64,000 nucleotides of DNA from contig CAYUPI010000004.1 of assembly GCA_964446585.1 (NCBI GenBank), forward strand, positions 124,177-188,176. Reading direction: 5' to 3'. Positions within the stretch are counted from its first letter, which is position 1. Every line of letters begins with the position of its first letter. The position numbers and the translations under genes are program-made. This DNA comes from an uncultured Verrucomicrobiota bacterium (GTDB taxonomy: Bacteria; Verrucomicrobiota; Verrucomicrobiia; Limisphaerales; UBA8199). Under the pieces are notes generated by a model, which did not search any database, was not told the origin of the DNA, and saw nothing but the letters and a program-made list of their open reading frames with translations. Below, in pieces: positions 17,843 to 25,954 of the stretch.

Positions 17843-18586
17843 ATGACTAACCTCTTTGGCAGCACCCGTAGCGCAATTAAAGAGCGCTATGGCTTGATTG
17901 CTCCCAGCGGCTTTGTGCCCAGCGTTCTGCCCGGCTGGCAAAAGGCTGTGTGCCACGTAGTCATCTCTCCTGCCCTGGGCGCGCGGTTCTGCCAAATTCA
18001 CGTTACGCTGGAACAGGACGGCCAGTGTCAGGGCAACACCGGCGCGAATGAGTATTTCATCTATGTCCTCGAAGGCGCGGCCAGCATTCTGGTCGAAGAA
18101 CGCCGGCGCCGGCTCGAGACTGGCAACTACGTTTACCTGCCGGCCGCCACCGACGTGCAATTGAAAAGCAACGGGTCCGCCACTCGCATTTTGATTTTTC
18201 AAAAGCCTTATCAACCGTTGCCCGGCGTGGCCAAACCGACCGCCCTGGTCGGCCAGGAGCGCGACATCAAAGGCCAGCCCTTCCTCGGCAATGAAGACGC
18301 CCGGTTGCAAGTGCTGTTGCCCGAGGAGCCCGCCTTCGACATGGCCGTCAATATTTTTACTTATCAGCCAGGAGCGACACTGCCGTTCGTGGAAACCCAC
18401 ATCATGGAGCATGGCCTTCTGATGCTGCGAGGGCAGGGCATCTACCGGTTGAATGCCGATTGGCATCCGGTGCAAGCCGGCGATGTGATCTGGATGGCGC
18501 CGTATTGCCCGCAATGGTTCGTGGCGATGGGCAAAACACCGGCCAGTTACATCTACTACAAAGACGTGAACCGGGATCCGATTTGA
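17843..18586 (+). CDS. allE: (S)-ureidoglycine aminohydrolase (bicupin)
   Basis: FDMAVNIFTYQPGATLPFVETHIMEHGLLML.GQGIYRL, GDVIWMAPYCPQWF, YIYYKDVNRDP. Confidence 0.92.
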   Translation: MTNLFGSTRSAIKERYGLIAPSGFVPSVLPGWQKAVCHVVISPALGARFCQIHVTLEQDGQCQGNTGANEYFIYVLEGAASILVEERRRRLETGNYVYLPAATDVQLKSNGSATRILIFQKPYQPLPGVAKPTALVGQERDIKGQPFLGNEDARLQVLLPEEPAFDMAVNIFTYQPGATLPFVETHIMEHGLLMLRGQGIYRLNADWHPVQAGDVIWMAPYCPQWFVAMGKTPASYIYYKDVNRDPI

Positions 18587-18593
18587 ATATCTG

Positions 18594-18635
18594 AAGCCCG
18601 AGGTCCGAAGTGCGAAATGCGAAGTCCGAAATCCG
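18594..18635 (+). repeat. Heptamer array, AAGTGCG family
   Basis: AAGCCCG AGGTCCG AAGTGCG AAATGCG AAGTCCG AAATCCG just after the allE stop. Confidence 0.85.
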
Positions 18636-18734
18636 GAGACGGATGCTTTAGTGACGGTCTGCCGTTCGCGCGCCCGGGCTTTTTCGATCGTTGCTTTCTC
18701 CCCGCGCACCGCTACCATCCGCGCTTCGAGTGTT

Positions 18735-19382
18735 ATGACGCCAGCGCGTGCCCCGAAAAACGAGAAGAAACGGCTCAAAGTGCTGTGGGAATACTCCGTG
18801 CTCGACACCGTGCCGGAGGAAATCTTCGACGACTTGACTGAACTGGCGGCGCGCATCTGCGAGGCGCCGATCGCTATGATTACGCTCGTGGACGAAAAAC
18901 GTCAGTGGTTCAAATCCAAGGTCGGCGTCAGCGTCAGCGAGACGTCGCGGGACATTTCCTTTTGTTCCCATGCCATTACGCAGCCCGGGTTGTTTATCGT
19001 GCCGGATGCAACCAAGGACGAGCGATTTGCGGATAACCCCCTCGTGACTTCCGATCCGAAGGTGCGCTTTTACGCGGGCGCGCCGCTCATTACGGCCGAC
19101 GGTTATGCCCTGGGAACACTCTGTGTCATTGACAAAGTCCCGCGCGAATTGCACCCCGACCAGAAACAGGCCTTATGCATCCTCGCCCGCCACGTCGTCA
19201 TCCAACTGGAACTCCGCAGACGTTCCGCAGAGCTGGCCAGTGCCCGGAACGAACTCGGGAGAATGAAGACCGCCCTGGCTCAGGTGCGAAAGGAGCTGGC
19301 CAAAGTCCGCCGCGGGCTGCGTCGGTCCCGAGCGACCCACAACTCGCGTCCCGCCCGCCCCAAGGCCAAAGGCCGCAGGTAA
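18735..19382 (+). CDS. Stand-alone GAF-domain protein with basic coiled-coil tail
   Basis: RL..L.EYSVLDT.PEE.FDDLT.LAARIC..PIAMITLVDE.RQWFKS, SFCSHAI, VRFYAGAPL, LGTLCVID; no output domain follows. Confidence 0.85.
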   Translation: MTPARAPKNEKKRLKVLWEYSVLDTVPEEIFDDLTELAARICEAPIAMITLVDEKRQWFKSKVGVSVSETSRDISFCSHAITQPGLFIVPDATKDERFADNPLVTSDPKVRFYAGAPLITADGYALGTLCVIDKVPRELHPDQKQALCILARHVVIQLELRRRSAELASARNELGRMKTALAQVRKELAKVRRGLRRSRATHNSRPARPKAKGRR

Positions 19383-19428
19383 TTTCTCTGGCGCGTTCGC
19401 CGCGCCGACTGACGGCCCCGTTCCTTTC

Positions 19429-20676
19429 ATGGCGCTTTCGCTGACCATTGACAGCCCTCGCCTCGAGAAACAACTCGGAGCCCTTGCCGCCATTTCCGAA
19501 GCGCCGCCTCCGGTGGTTACGCGCGTGCTGTTTTCCGATGCCGATCGCCGCGGGCGGTCGTTCGTGAAGGATCTTTGCCGTGAAGCCAGCCTACAAGTGA
19601 GCGAAGACGCGGTTGGTAACCTCTTCGCCCGCTGGTCAGGAAAAGAGTCGCAACTGACGCCGATTGCCACCGGATCCCACATTGACGCCGTCCCAAACGC
19701 GGGGCGTTTCGATGGCGTGGTCGGCGTGCTTGGCGCATTGGAAGCCGTGCGCTCGCTAAAGAGCGCGGGTTTCGAACCGCGCCGGAGCATTGAAATCATC
19801 ATGTTCACGGCGGAAGAGCCGACCCGCTTCGGCATGGGTTGCCTGGGCAGCCGCCTGCTGTCGGGAGCGCTGAGCCCGGAGAAGGCCGCCGCCTTGCGCG
19901 ATCCCGAAGGCAAGACCCTCGACCTGTGGCGCACTGAGGCCGGGTATGGGAAACGGCCATTGACCTCTGTCCGGTTGGCGCGGAACTGCTACGCCGGTTT
20001 CATCGAGCTGCACATCGAGCAAGGACCGCTGCTTGAACGAGAGCGCGTGGCAATCGGAGTTGTCAGGATCATCGCAGCCCCTAGTACCCTGCGCGTGCGA
20101 CTTGTCGGAACAGGGGGCCACGCCGGTGCCGTGCTGATGCCGGACAGGCATGACGCCTTGCTCGCGGGTGCGGAGATCGCGCTCGCCGTCGAGCAAGCCG
20201 CATTGTGCAGCGGCAGTCCAGATACAGTCGCCACTACGGGAGCTTTCCGCATCGAGCCGGGTGCCGTCAACAGCGTGCCGTCGGGCGCCTGGTTGGAAAT
20301 AGATCTGCGCGACGTGCAACTAAGCACGAGGGACGCAGCCCTCCGTCAGATTGAGACGGCTGTCCGCGACATCTGCCAACGCCGAGGCGTCGAATTTCAA
20401 CTCGAACGCCTGAACGCGGACGCGCCGGCCACCTGTGATCCAGAACTCATCAAGACCGTCCTCTCGGTGTGCGATGAGCTCGACTTGTCCGCCCGGGAAA
20501 TGATCAGTCGCGCTTACCACGATACGCTGTTCATGGCCAGGTTATGTCCTACAACCATGATCTTCATCCCGTGCCGTGGGGGCGTCAGCCATAGGCCGGA
20601 CGAATATTCCTCGCCGGACCAGATCCGTGACGGAGTACTGGTCCTCGCGCAAAGTTTAGCGCGACTAGGCGTCTGA
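19429..20676 (+). CDS. M20 amidohydrolase, probable ureidoglycolate amidohydrolase (plant UAH-like)
   Basis: ATGSHIDAVP, EEPTRFG..CLGSRLL, SRAYHDTLFMAR, MIFIPC.GG.SH.P.EYSSP resemble plant UAH motifs as recalled; located in the ureide cluster. Confidence 0.75.
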   Translation: MALSLTIDSPRLEKQLGALAAISEAPPPVVTRVLFSDADRRGRSFVKDLCREASLQVSEDAVGNLFARWSGKESQLTPIATGSHIDAVPNAGRFDGVVGVLGALEAVRSLKSAGFEPRRSIEIIMFTAEEPTRFGMGCLGSRLLSGALSPEKAAALRDPEGKTLDLWRTEAGYGKRPLTSVRLARNCYAGFIELHIEQGPLLERERVAIGVVRIIAAPSTLRVRLVGTGGHAGAVLMPDRHDALLAGAEIALAVEQAALCSGSPDTVATTGAFRIEPGAVNSVPSGAWLEIDLRDVQLSTRDAALRQIETAVRDICQRRGVEFQLERLNADAPATCDPELIKTVLSVCDELDLSAREMISRAYHDTLFMARLCPTTMIFIPCRGGVSHRPDEYSSPDQIRDGVLVLAQSLARLGV

Positions 20677-20694
20677 ACCAGGCCCGCCTTTTTA

Positions 20695-20723
20695 TTGCAG
20701 GCGCGGGATTTTTTGGCTATGCT
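20695..20723 (+). promoter_or_regulatory. Putative sigma70 promoter for xdh
   Basis: TTGCAG (20695-20700), 17 nt, TATGCT (20718-20723), upstream of ATG 20738. Confidence 0.45.
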
Positions 20724-20737
20724 TGGCTGGAAGCACT

Positions 20738-23700
20738 ATGGACGGGGCCCTTGAGTTTATTCTGAACAGCCGTCGGGTTCGGCTCGCGGATTGTTCGCCC
20801 AATGCCACTCTGCTGGATTATCTCAGGGGCTGCGGTTTTACCGGTTCCAAAGAAGGCTGCGCCGAGGGCGATTGCGGAGCGTGTTCCGTGGCAATCGTGG
20901 ACCGGGATTCCCGGGGACGCGCCTGCTACCGCGCCATCAACAGTTGCCTGGTGCCGATTTCACTCCTGGCGGGGCGCGAGATTATCTCGGTCGAAGGAGT
21001 AGCCTTTCGCAACAAAACCCAAAACCCAAAACCCAAAATCCAATCGCGCCACGCGGTGTCTCCCACCGAGGCAATCGACGAGGTCCAGCTCCACCCGGTC
21101 CAGGAAACAATGGTTCGCTGCCACGGCTCGCAATGCGGCTATTGCACGCCCGGGTTCATCCTGTCGCTGTTCGAGGGCTATTACCGCGGCGACATTTCCA
21201 AATCGGATCAACTGGACGATCAGCTTTGCGGCAATCTTTGCCGGTGCACCGGCTACCGACCGATTCGTGAAGCGGCTCTCGAGGCCTTCCCGGCACGACA
21301 TCGCAAAAATGGCCGAGACCCATTCGCGGAGCGGCTGGAACGGCCGGTCCCGTCTCTGGATGAAGTCGAGTACGCGCTCGACGGTGAAATGTTTTTCCGG
21401 CCATCGTCGCTCCCGCAGCTCCTGCAGTTGATGGAGCGATTTCCTGACAGCAGGCTGATCGCCGGTGCGACGGAACTTGGACTGGACATTACGAAGCGAT
21501 TCAAGAAGTTCCCAACCCTCATCTCAGTTGAGGCGGTGCCCGACTTGAAAGAAATCCACTCGACGGATTCTGAATGGCGCATCGGCGCTGCTGCTACGCT
21601 CACCGAAATCGAGGAACAGATGGCGGAGGAATTTCCAGCTCTCGCCGACATGTTGCGCGTCTTTGGCTCGCGCCAAATCCGCAATCGCGCCACCATGGGC
21701 GGCAACCTTGTCACGGCTTCGCCCATCGGCGACAGCGCGCCGGTGTTGCTGGCGCTGGACGCCAAAGTCGTTCTGGTCTCTGCTCAACCTGCACTTGCGA
21801 CGCCCCCCTCGCAGCTTCCCTCGCTGATCGAGCGCATACTGCAGCTCGACGACTTTTTTGTGACTTATCGCAAAACCGCGCTGCGGCCGGGTGAAATCCT
21901 CAAAACAATTTTGGTGCCGCGTTCCGACAGCGAATCCGGCCTTCGTCGATTCTGCCGGTGGTATAAAGTTTCGAAGCGACGGGAAATGGACATCAGTACC
22001 GCGGCGGCCTGTTTTTGCGTCGATATCGACCACCAGCGCATCGTCAGGGACGCCCGACTCGCTTATGGTGGCGTGGCTCCGATGCCTGTGCGCGCCCACA
22101 AGACTGAGGCAGCTCTGCTCGGGATGCCGTGGAGCAAAGAGACACTCTCTCGAGTTGTACCCATCTTGCAGAGTGAGTTCACCCCGATTTCCGACGTGCG
22201 CGGCTCGGCCGAGTACCGACGAGGGCTGGGTGCGAGCCTTTTTGAGAAGTTCTATCAAGAGACCTCTGAGGAGCCGAACGATCGCCGGGACCAAGGTCTG
22301 CCGCTGCTCGTTAGGTCTCCGGCCGAAGGACGGAAGCGCGCGTTGCCGCATGAGAGCGCGCACAAGCATGTCACGGGCGAGGCGATTTACACCGATGACC
22401 AAGCCTGCGGCACACGCATGCTCGACGTCTGGCCTGTCTGTTCGCCGCACGCGCGCGCGCGGGTCCTCCGGCGGGATGCGACGGTCGCATGCAAGATGCC
22501 CGGCATAAAAGCGGTGCTCCTGGCTGAAGACGTACCGGGCCTGAACGATGCGGGCACAAAACTCGATGAAGCGTTGCTGGCCACTGATAATGTGTTTTAT
22601 CACGGTCAGATTGTCGCGCTGGTCGTTGGTGAATCTCAGGAAGTTTGCCGTGCCACGGCTGATAAAGTTCTTGTCGATTACGAGCCCCTTGAGCCGATTC
22701 TGACTCTGACGGAGGCGATCGCCCAAGGGAGCTTTCACAATGAACCGAATTTTATCCGCCGCGGCGACATTGAGGCGGCGCTTGCCGCTGCGCCCTTGAT
22801 TCTGCGCGGCGAATTCGAGTTAGGCGGCCAGGAACACTTTTACCTCGAAACTCATGCGGCGTGGGCCGAACCGGGCGAGGATGGCACGATGTTCGTGACC
22901 TCATCGACCCAGCATCCTTCCGAAGTCCAGACGGTGGTGGCGCACGCCCTCCGTCAGCCCGTAAACAATATCATTGTGCAATGTCCTCGTATGGGCGGTG
23001 GCTTCGGCGGCAAGGAAACCCAGGCGGCAATGCCCGCGGCCCTGGCTGCGCTAGCCGCGCATCATACTGGCCGAGCCGTGCGCGTTCGATTCAATCGCGA
23101 TCAGGACATGATCCTCACCGGCCATCGGCATCCCTTCCGGGCGGAATTCGCGGTCGGCTTCGACACCCAGGGCCGGCTGCTGGCGGCGCGAGTGCACCTG
23201 ACCTCAAACGGCGGTTGGGCATTGGATCTATCACAAGCCGTCACTGACCGCGCGCTCTTTCATCTGGATAATGCCTATTACATTCCCGCGGTCGAGTTTC
23301 GCGGCCAGGTGGCGAAGACCAATCTTTCGTCGAACACCGCTTTTCGGGGGTTCGGTGGCCCGCAGGGCATGCTCGTCATCGAGGAAATCATCGATCGCAT
23401 CGCACGTCGGCTCGGCCTTCCACCGGAAACGGTCCGCGAACGAAATCTCTATCGTGGCAAGGGCGAGACGAACACAACTCATTACGGACTGGAGATCGCG
23501 GACAACCGCATTCAAACCATCTGGCGCGAGTTGAAGATGTCCAGCGGCCTGACACGGCGCCGCGCCGAGATTGCAGCCTGGAACCGGAAGCATCCTCATC
23601 GGAAGCGCGGTCTGGCGATGACTCCCGTCAAGTTCGGTATCAGCTTCACGGTGACGCATCTCAATCAGGCAGGCGCGTTCGTTTTGATTTACCAGGATGG

Positions 23701-24682
23701 CACAGTGCAGGTGAATCATGGAGCCACCGAAATGGGGCAGGGCGTACATACGAACATCACGGCGATCGCCGCTCGTGAATTGGGCGTTGGACTCGATCAG
23801 GTCCGCGTGATGCCGACCAGCACGGACAAAGTCCCGAACACTTCTGCCACCGCGGCCTCTTGCGGCACGGATCTCAATGGCGCGGCGGTCAGAAACGCCT
23901 GTGAGATCCTTCGCGGCCGACTGGCTCCAATCGCCGCCGACGTGCTCAAACTGAAAATCGGACGCCGGCCCGTGCCCGAGCAATTGACTTTTGCTGAAGG
24001 CCACGTTTACTGGCGCCGGCGCCCGCGCATTTCGGTCAGCTTTGCTGACGTCGCCCGCGCGGCGGTCCAGCGACGCATCAGCCTCTCCGCCGCGGGATAC
24101 TACGCCACGCCAGGAATCCGATACGACCGCGCCGCCGGCCGCGGCCACCCCTTCTATTATTTTGCCTGTGGCGCTGCGGTTTCCGAAGTCGAAGTGGACG
24201 GCTTCACCGGGATGCACCGCGTCTTGCGGGTGGACATCCTCCACGATGTCGGCGACTCGATCAACGAGGGTGTCAATCGCGGCCAAATCGAAGGCGGCTT
24301 CGTCCAGGGGATGGGCTGGTTGACGATGGAAGAACTGAAATGGGACCACCAGGGCCATCTACTTACCCATTCTCCCGACACCTACAAGATTCCCGCGGTC
24401 GGCGACATGCCGCAGGTCTTCAATGTCTCGCTTCTCAAGAACGCCGCGCAAAAGGGCACGATCTACGGGAGCAAAGCCGTCGGGGAGCCGCCGTTGATGC
24501 TGGCAATCTCTGTCCGCGAGGCTATTCGCGATGCCGTCGCAGCGTTTGGGCCTCCAAAAACCCAGGTGCCCTTGCCTTCACCCGCCACCTGTGAGGCGAT
24601 TTACCTCACGATTCAGGCATTTCAGAGCCGAAAGAAGCCGTCGATTCTTGCGCCGGCCCCGCAGCTCCTTGCCGCAGGTTGA
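20738..24682 (+). CDS. xdhAB: Xanthine dehydrogenase, single-chain XdhA-XdhB fusion
   Basis: KEGCAEGDCGAC and SQCGYCTPG/GNLCRCTGY (2Fe-2S); IAGATELGL and IRNRATMGGN (FAD); GQEHFYLE, MGGGFGGKE, AFRGFGGPQG, TAASCG, SKAVGEPPL (Moco), all in one frame. Confidence 0.93.
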   Translation: MDGALEFILNSRRVRLADCSPNATLLDYLRGCGFTGSKEGCAEGDCGACSVAIVDRDSRGRACYRAINSCLVPISLLAGREIISVEGVAFRNKTQNPKPKIQSRHAVSPTEAIDEVQLHPVQETMVRCHGSQCGYCTPGFILSLFEGYYRGDISKSDQLDDQLCGNLCRCTGYRPIREAALEAFPARHRKNGRDPFAERLERPVPSLDEVEYALDGEMFFRPSSLPQLLQLMERFPDSRLIAGATELGLDITKRFKKFPTLISVEAVPDLKEIHSTDSEWRIGAAATLTEIEEQMAEEFPALADMLRVFGSRQIRNRATMGGNLVTASPIGDSAPVLLALDAKVVLVSAQPALATPPSQLPSLIERILQLDDFFVTYRKTALRPGEILKTILVPRSDSESGLRRFCRWYKVSKRREMDISTAAACFCVDIDHQRIVRDARLAYGGVAPMPVRAHKTEAALLGMPWSKETLSRVVPILQSEFTPISDVRGSAEYRRGLGASLFEKFYQETSEEPNDRRDQGLPLLVRSPAEGRKRALPHESAHKHVTGEAIYTDDQACGTRMLDVWPVCSPHARARVLRRDATVACKMPGIKAVLLAEDVPGLNDAGTKLDEALLATDNVFYHGQIVALVVGESQEVCRATADKVLVDYEPLEPILTLTEAIAQGSFHNEPNFIRRGDIEAALAAAPLILRGEFELGGQEHFYLETHAAWAEPGEDGTMFVTSSTQHPSEVQTVVAHALRQPVNNIIVQCPRMGGGFGGKETQAAMPAALAALAAHHTGRAVRVRFNRDQDMILTGHRHPFRAEFAVGFDTQGRLLAARVHLTSNGGWALDLSQAVTDRALFHLDNAYYIPAVEFRGQVAKTNLSSNTAFRGFGGPQGMLVIEEIIDRIARRLGLPPETVRERNLYRGKGETNTTHYGLEIADNRIQTIWRELKMSSGLTRRRAEIAAWNRKHPHRKRGLAMTPVKFGISFTVTHLNQAGAFVLIYQDGTVQVNHGATEMGQGVHTNITAIAARELGVGLDQVRVMPTSTDKVPNTSATAASCGTDLNGAAVRNACEILRGRLAPIAADVLKLKIGRRPVPEQLTFAEGHVYWRRRPRISVSFADVARAAVQRRISLSAAGYYATPGIRYDRAAGRGHPFYYFACGAAVSEVEVDGFTGMHRVLRVDILHDVGDSINEGVNRGQIEGGFVQGMGWLTMEELKWDHQGHLLTHSPDTYKIPAVGDMPQVFNVSLLKNAAQKGTIYGSKAVGEPPLMLAISVREAIRDAVAAFGPPKTQVPLPSPATCEAIYLTIQAFQSRKKPSILAPAPQLLAAG
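21014..21041 (+). repeat. AAAACCC x3 plus AAAATCC heptamer array inside xdh
   Basis: Direct reading; translated within NKTQNPKPKIQ between the two 2Fe-2S subdomains. Confidence 0.85.
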
Positions 24683-25625
24683 ATTCTTTTTCGTAAACAA
24701 GCTCCGCCCGTTTATCGATGAACTGGGCCATGATGCTTACCGCGATCTCCGGCACACTCCGCGACCGAATCTTGATTCCAACTGGACATACCACGCGACG
24801 CAGCTCGTCCTCGGTCGCAAGTTTTTCCTCGCGGAAATGCTCGAAGATGGTGCGTGCCTTGCGCGAGCTGCCAATCATGCCGAGGAAAACGAAGGGCTTG
24901 TGGATCCACTCTCTCAGCAGCAGTGCATCATGACGGTGACCGCGGGTGACTATCAGGCCGAGGCTCGGGGTGTCCGGCAGAGGCAGTGGCAACAGCTTTT
25001 CCCACACGTCCGCTCGCAGTGAAACTCCGTGCGGAAAATACTTATGGTTCGCCAGCGCGGGCCGGTCGTCAAAGACTGTGACCGCGAAATCCAGTTGCAG
25101 GGCCAGCGGCGCAACCGCCTGGGCGAGGTGGCCCGCGCCGCCGATCCAGAGCGCGCACGGCGGGGTGACGGTTTCCTGATAAAGCCACGCCTCGCGAGGC
25201 GGGTTGTCTGGCAGAGCCATGATGAAATAGTCCCTGGTCACGCCCCAGGAGAGCTTCCTCGGCCGTTTGACCAGTTCCGTCCAAAAACTTTCGCCGATGT
25301 TTTGTGCGTTAGGGACAATCACTCCGAAAACCTTGCCGCCGCAAATCAGGCCGTCGTCCCAGCCGAAATCGTGATCGAGCAACAGGTCGAAAGACTCCGC
25401 CTTTCCTTTTCGCATTGATTGGAGGGCGCGCTGCTGAATTTCAGCTTCCAGACAACCGCCGCCTACCGTTCCCGTGATGCGGCCGTCCGCATGAAACAAG
25501 GCCTTGGCGCCGACCTTTTGCGGGCTGGAACCCTTTACGCCCGAGATGATTCCCAAGGCGACCGGTTCGCCCCGCCGAGCGGCGTCCGCCAACTCCTGGA
25601 ATACCGCATTGTTCATTGTCTCCAC
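24606..25625 (-). CDS. xdhC: XdhC/CoxI family Moco-insertion accessory protein
   Basis: GSSPQKVGAK, GTVGGGCLEA, ICGG, IGGAGHLA, VFDDRP, VTRGHRHD, FLGMIGSSRK, CPVG. Confidence 0.9.
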   Translation of the reverse strand: METMNNAVFQELADAARRGEPVALGIISGVKGSSPQKVGAKALFHADGRITGTVGGGCLEAEIQQRALQSMRKGKAESFDLLLDHDFGWDDGLICGGKVFGVIVPNAQNIGESFWTELVKRPRKLSWGVTRDYFIMALPDNPPREAWLYQETVTPPCALWIGGAGHLAQAVAPLALQLDFAVTVFDDRPALANHKYFPHGVSLRADVWEKLLPLPLPDTPSLGLIVTRGHRHDALLLREWIHKPFVFLGMIGSSRKARTIFEHFREEKLATEDELRRVVCPVGIKIRSRSVPEIAVSIMAQFIDKRAELVYEKEFNLRQGAAGPAQESTASFGSEMPES

Positions 25626-25704
25626 TAAACCTATCGCTCGCGGGCAAATTAGTCGAGTTTCCAGGGAGTGGTTCCCTCAGTGGCCAGTGCCATGTCGAGA
25701 AGGG

Positions 25705-25802
25705 GCGCGGACACCCCGTCCGCGAATTTCGGTTCGTGCTGGCGGCGGGAATGCGGTCGAGCAACCTGCCGACAGAAACGCGGACGGAGGCGTCCGCGCT
25801 CC
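25705..25802. repeat. Second REP family, inverted pair (GCGCGGAC...GTCCGCG)
   Basis: Hairpin gcgcggacaccccgtccgcg at 25705-25724 and inverted hairpin cgcggacggaggcgtccgcgctcc at 25779-25802. Confidence 0.7.
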
Positions 25803-25845
25803 GGGCCGCGCATTTCTTGGATCCGCCTTGACGGCTAACCGCTAA

Positions 25846-25868
25846 ACATTTCAACGCTGTTGAAATGT
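25846..25868. promoter_or_regulatory. Perfect palindrome, candidate operator
   Basis: ACATTTCAAC-gct-GTTGAAATGT in the divergent xdhC/thrC intergenic region. Confidence 0.5.
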
Positions 25869-25910
25869 GTTGGGATCGTGCCATGATTCCTCCCTGATGG
25901 CTGATGATTG

Positions 25911-25933
25911 CGCCGACTGACGTCGGCGGCTAC
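25911..25933 (-). repeat. Solo GTAG-type REP
   Basis: Reverse complement gtagccgccgacgtcagtcggcg, 22/23 identical to the 16347-16369 arm. Confidence 0.85.
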
Positions 25934-25954
25934 TGCATTAGTCAATATCGAACG

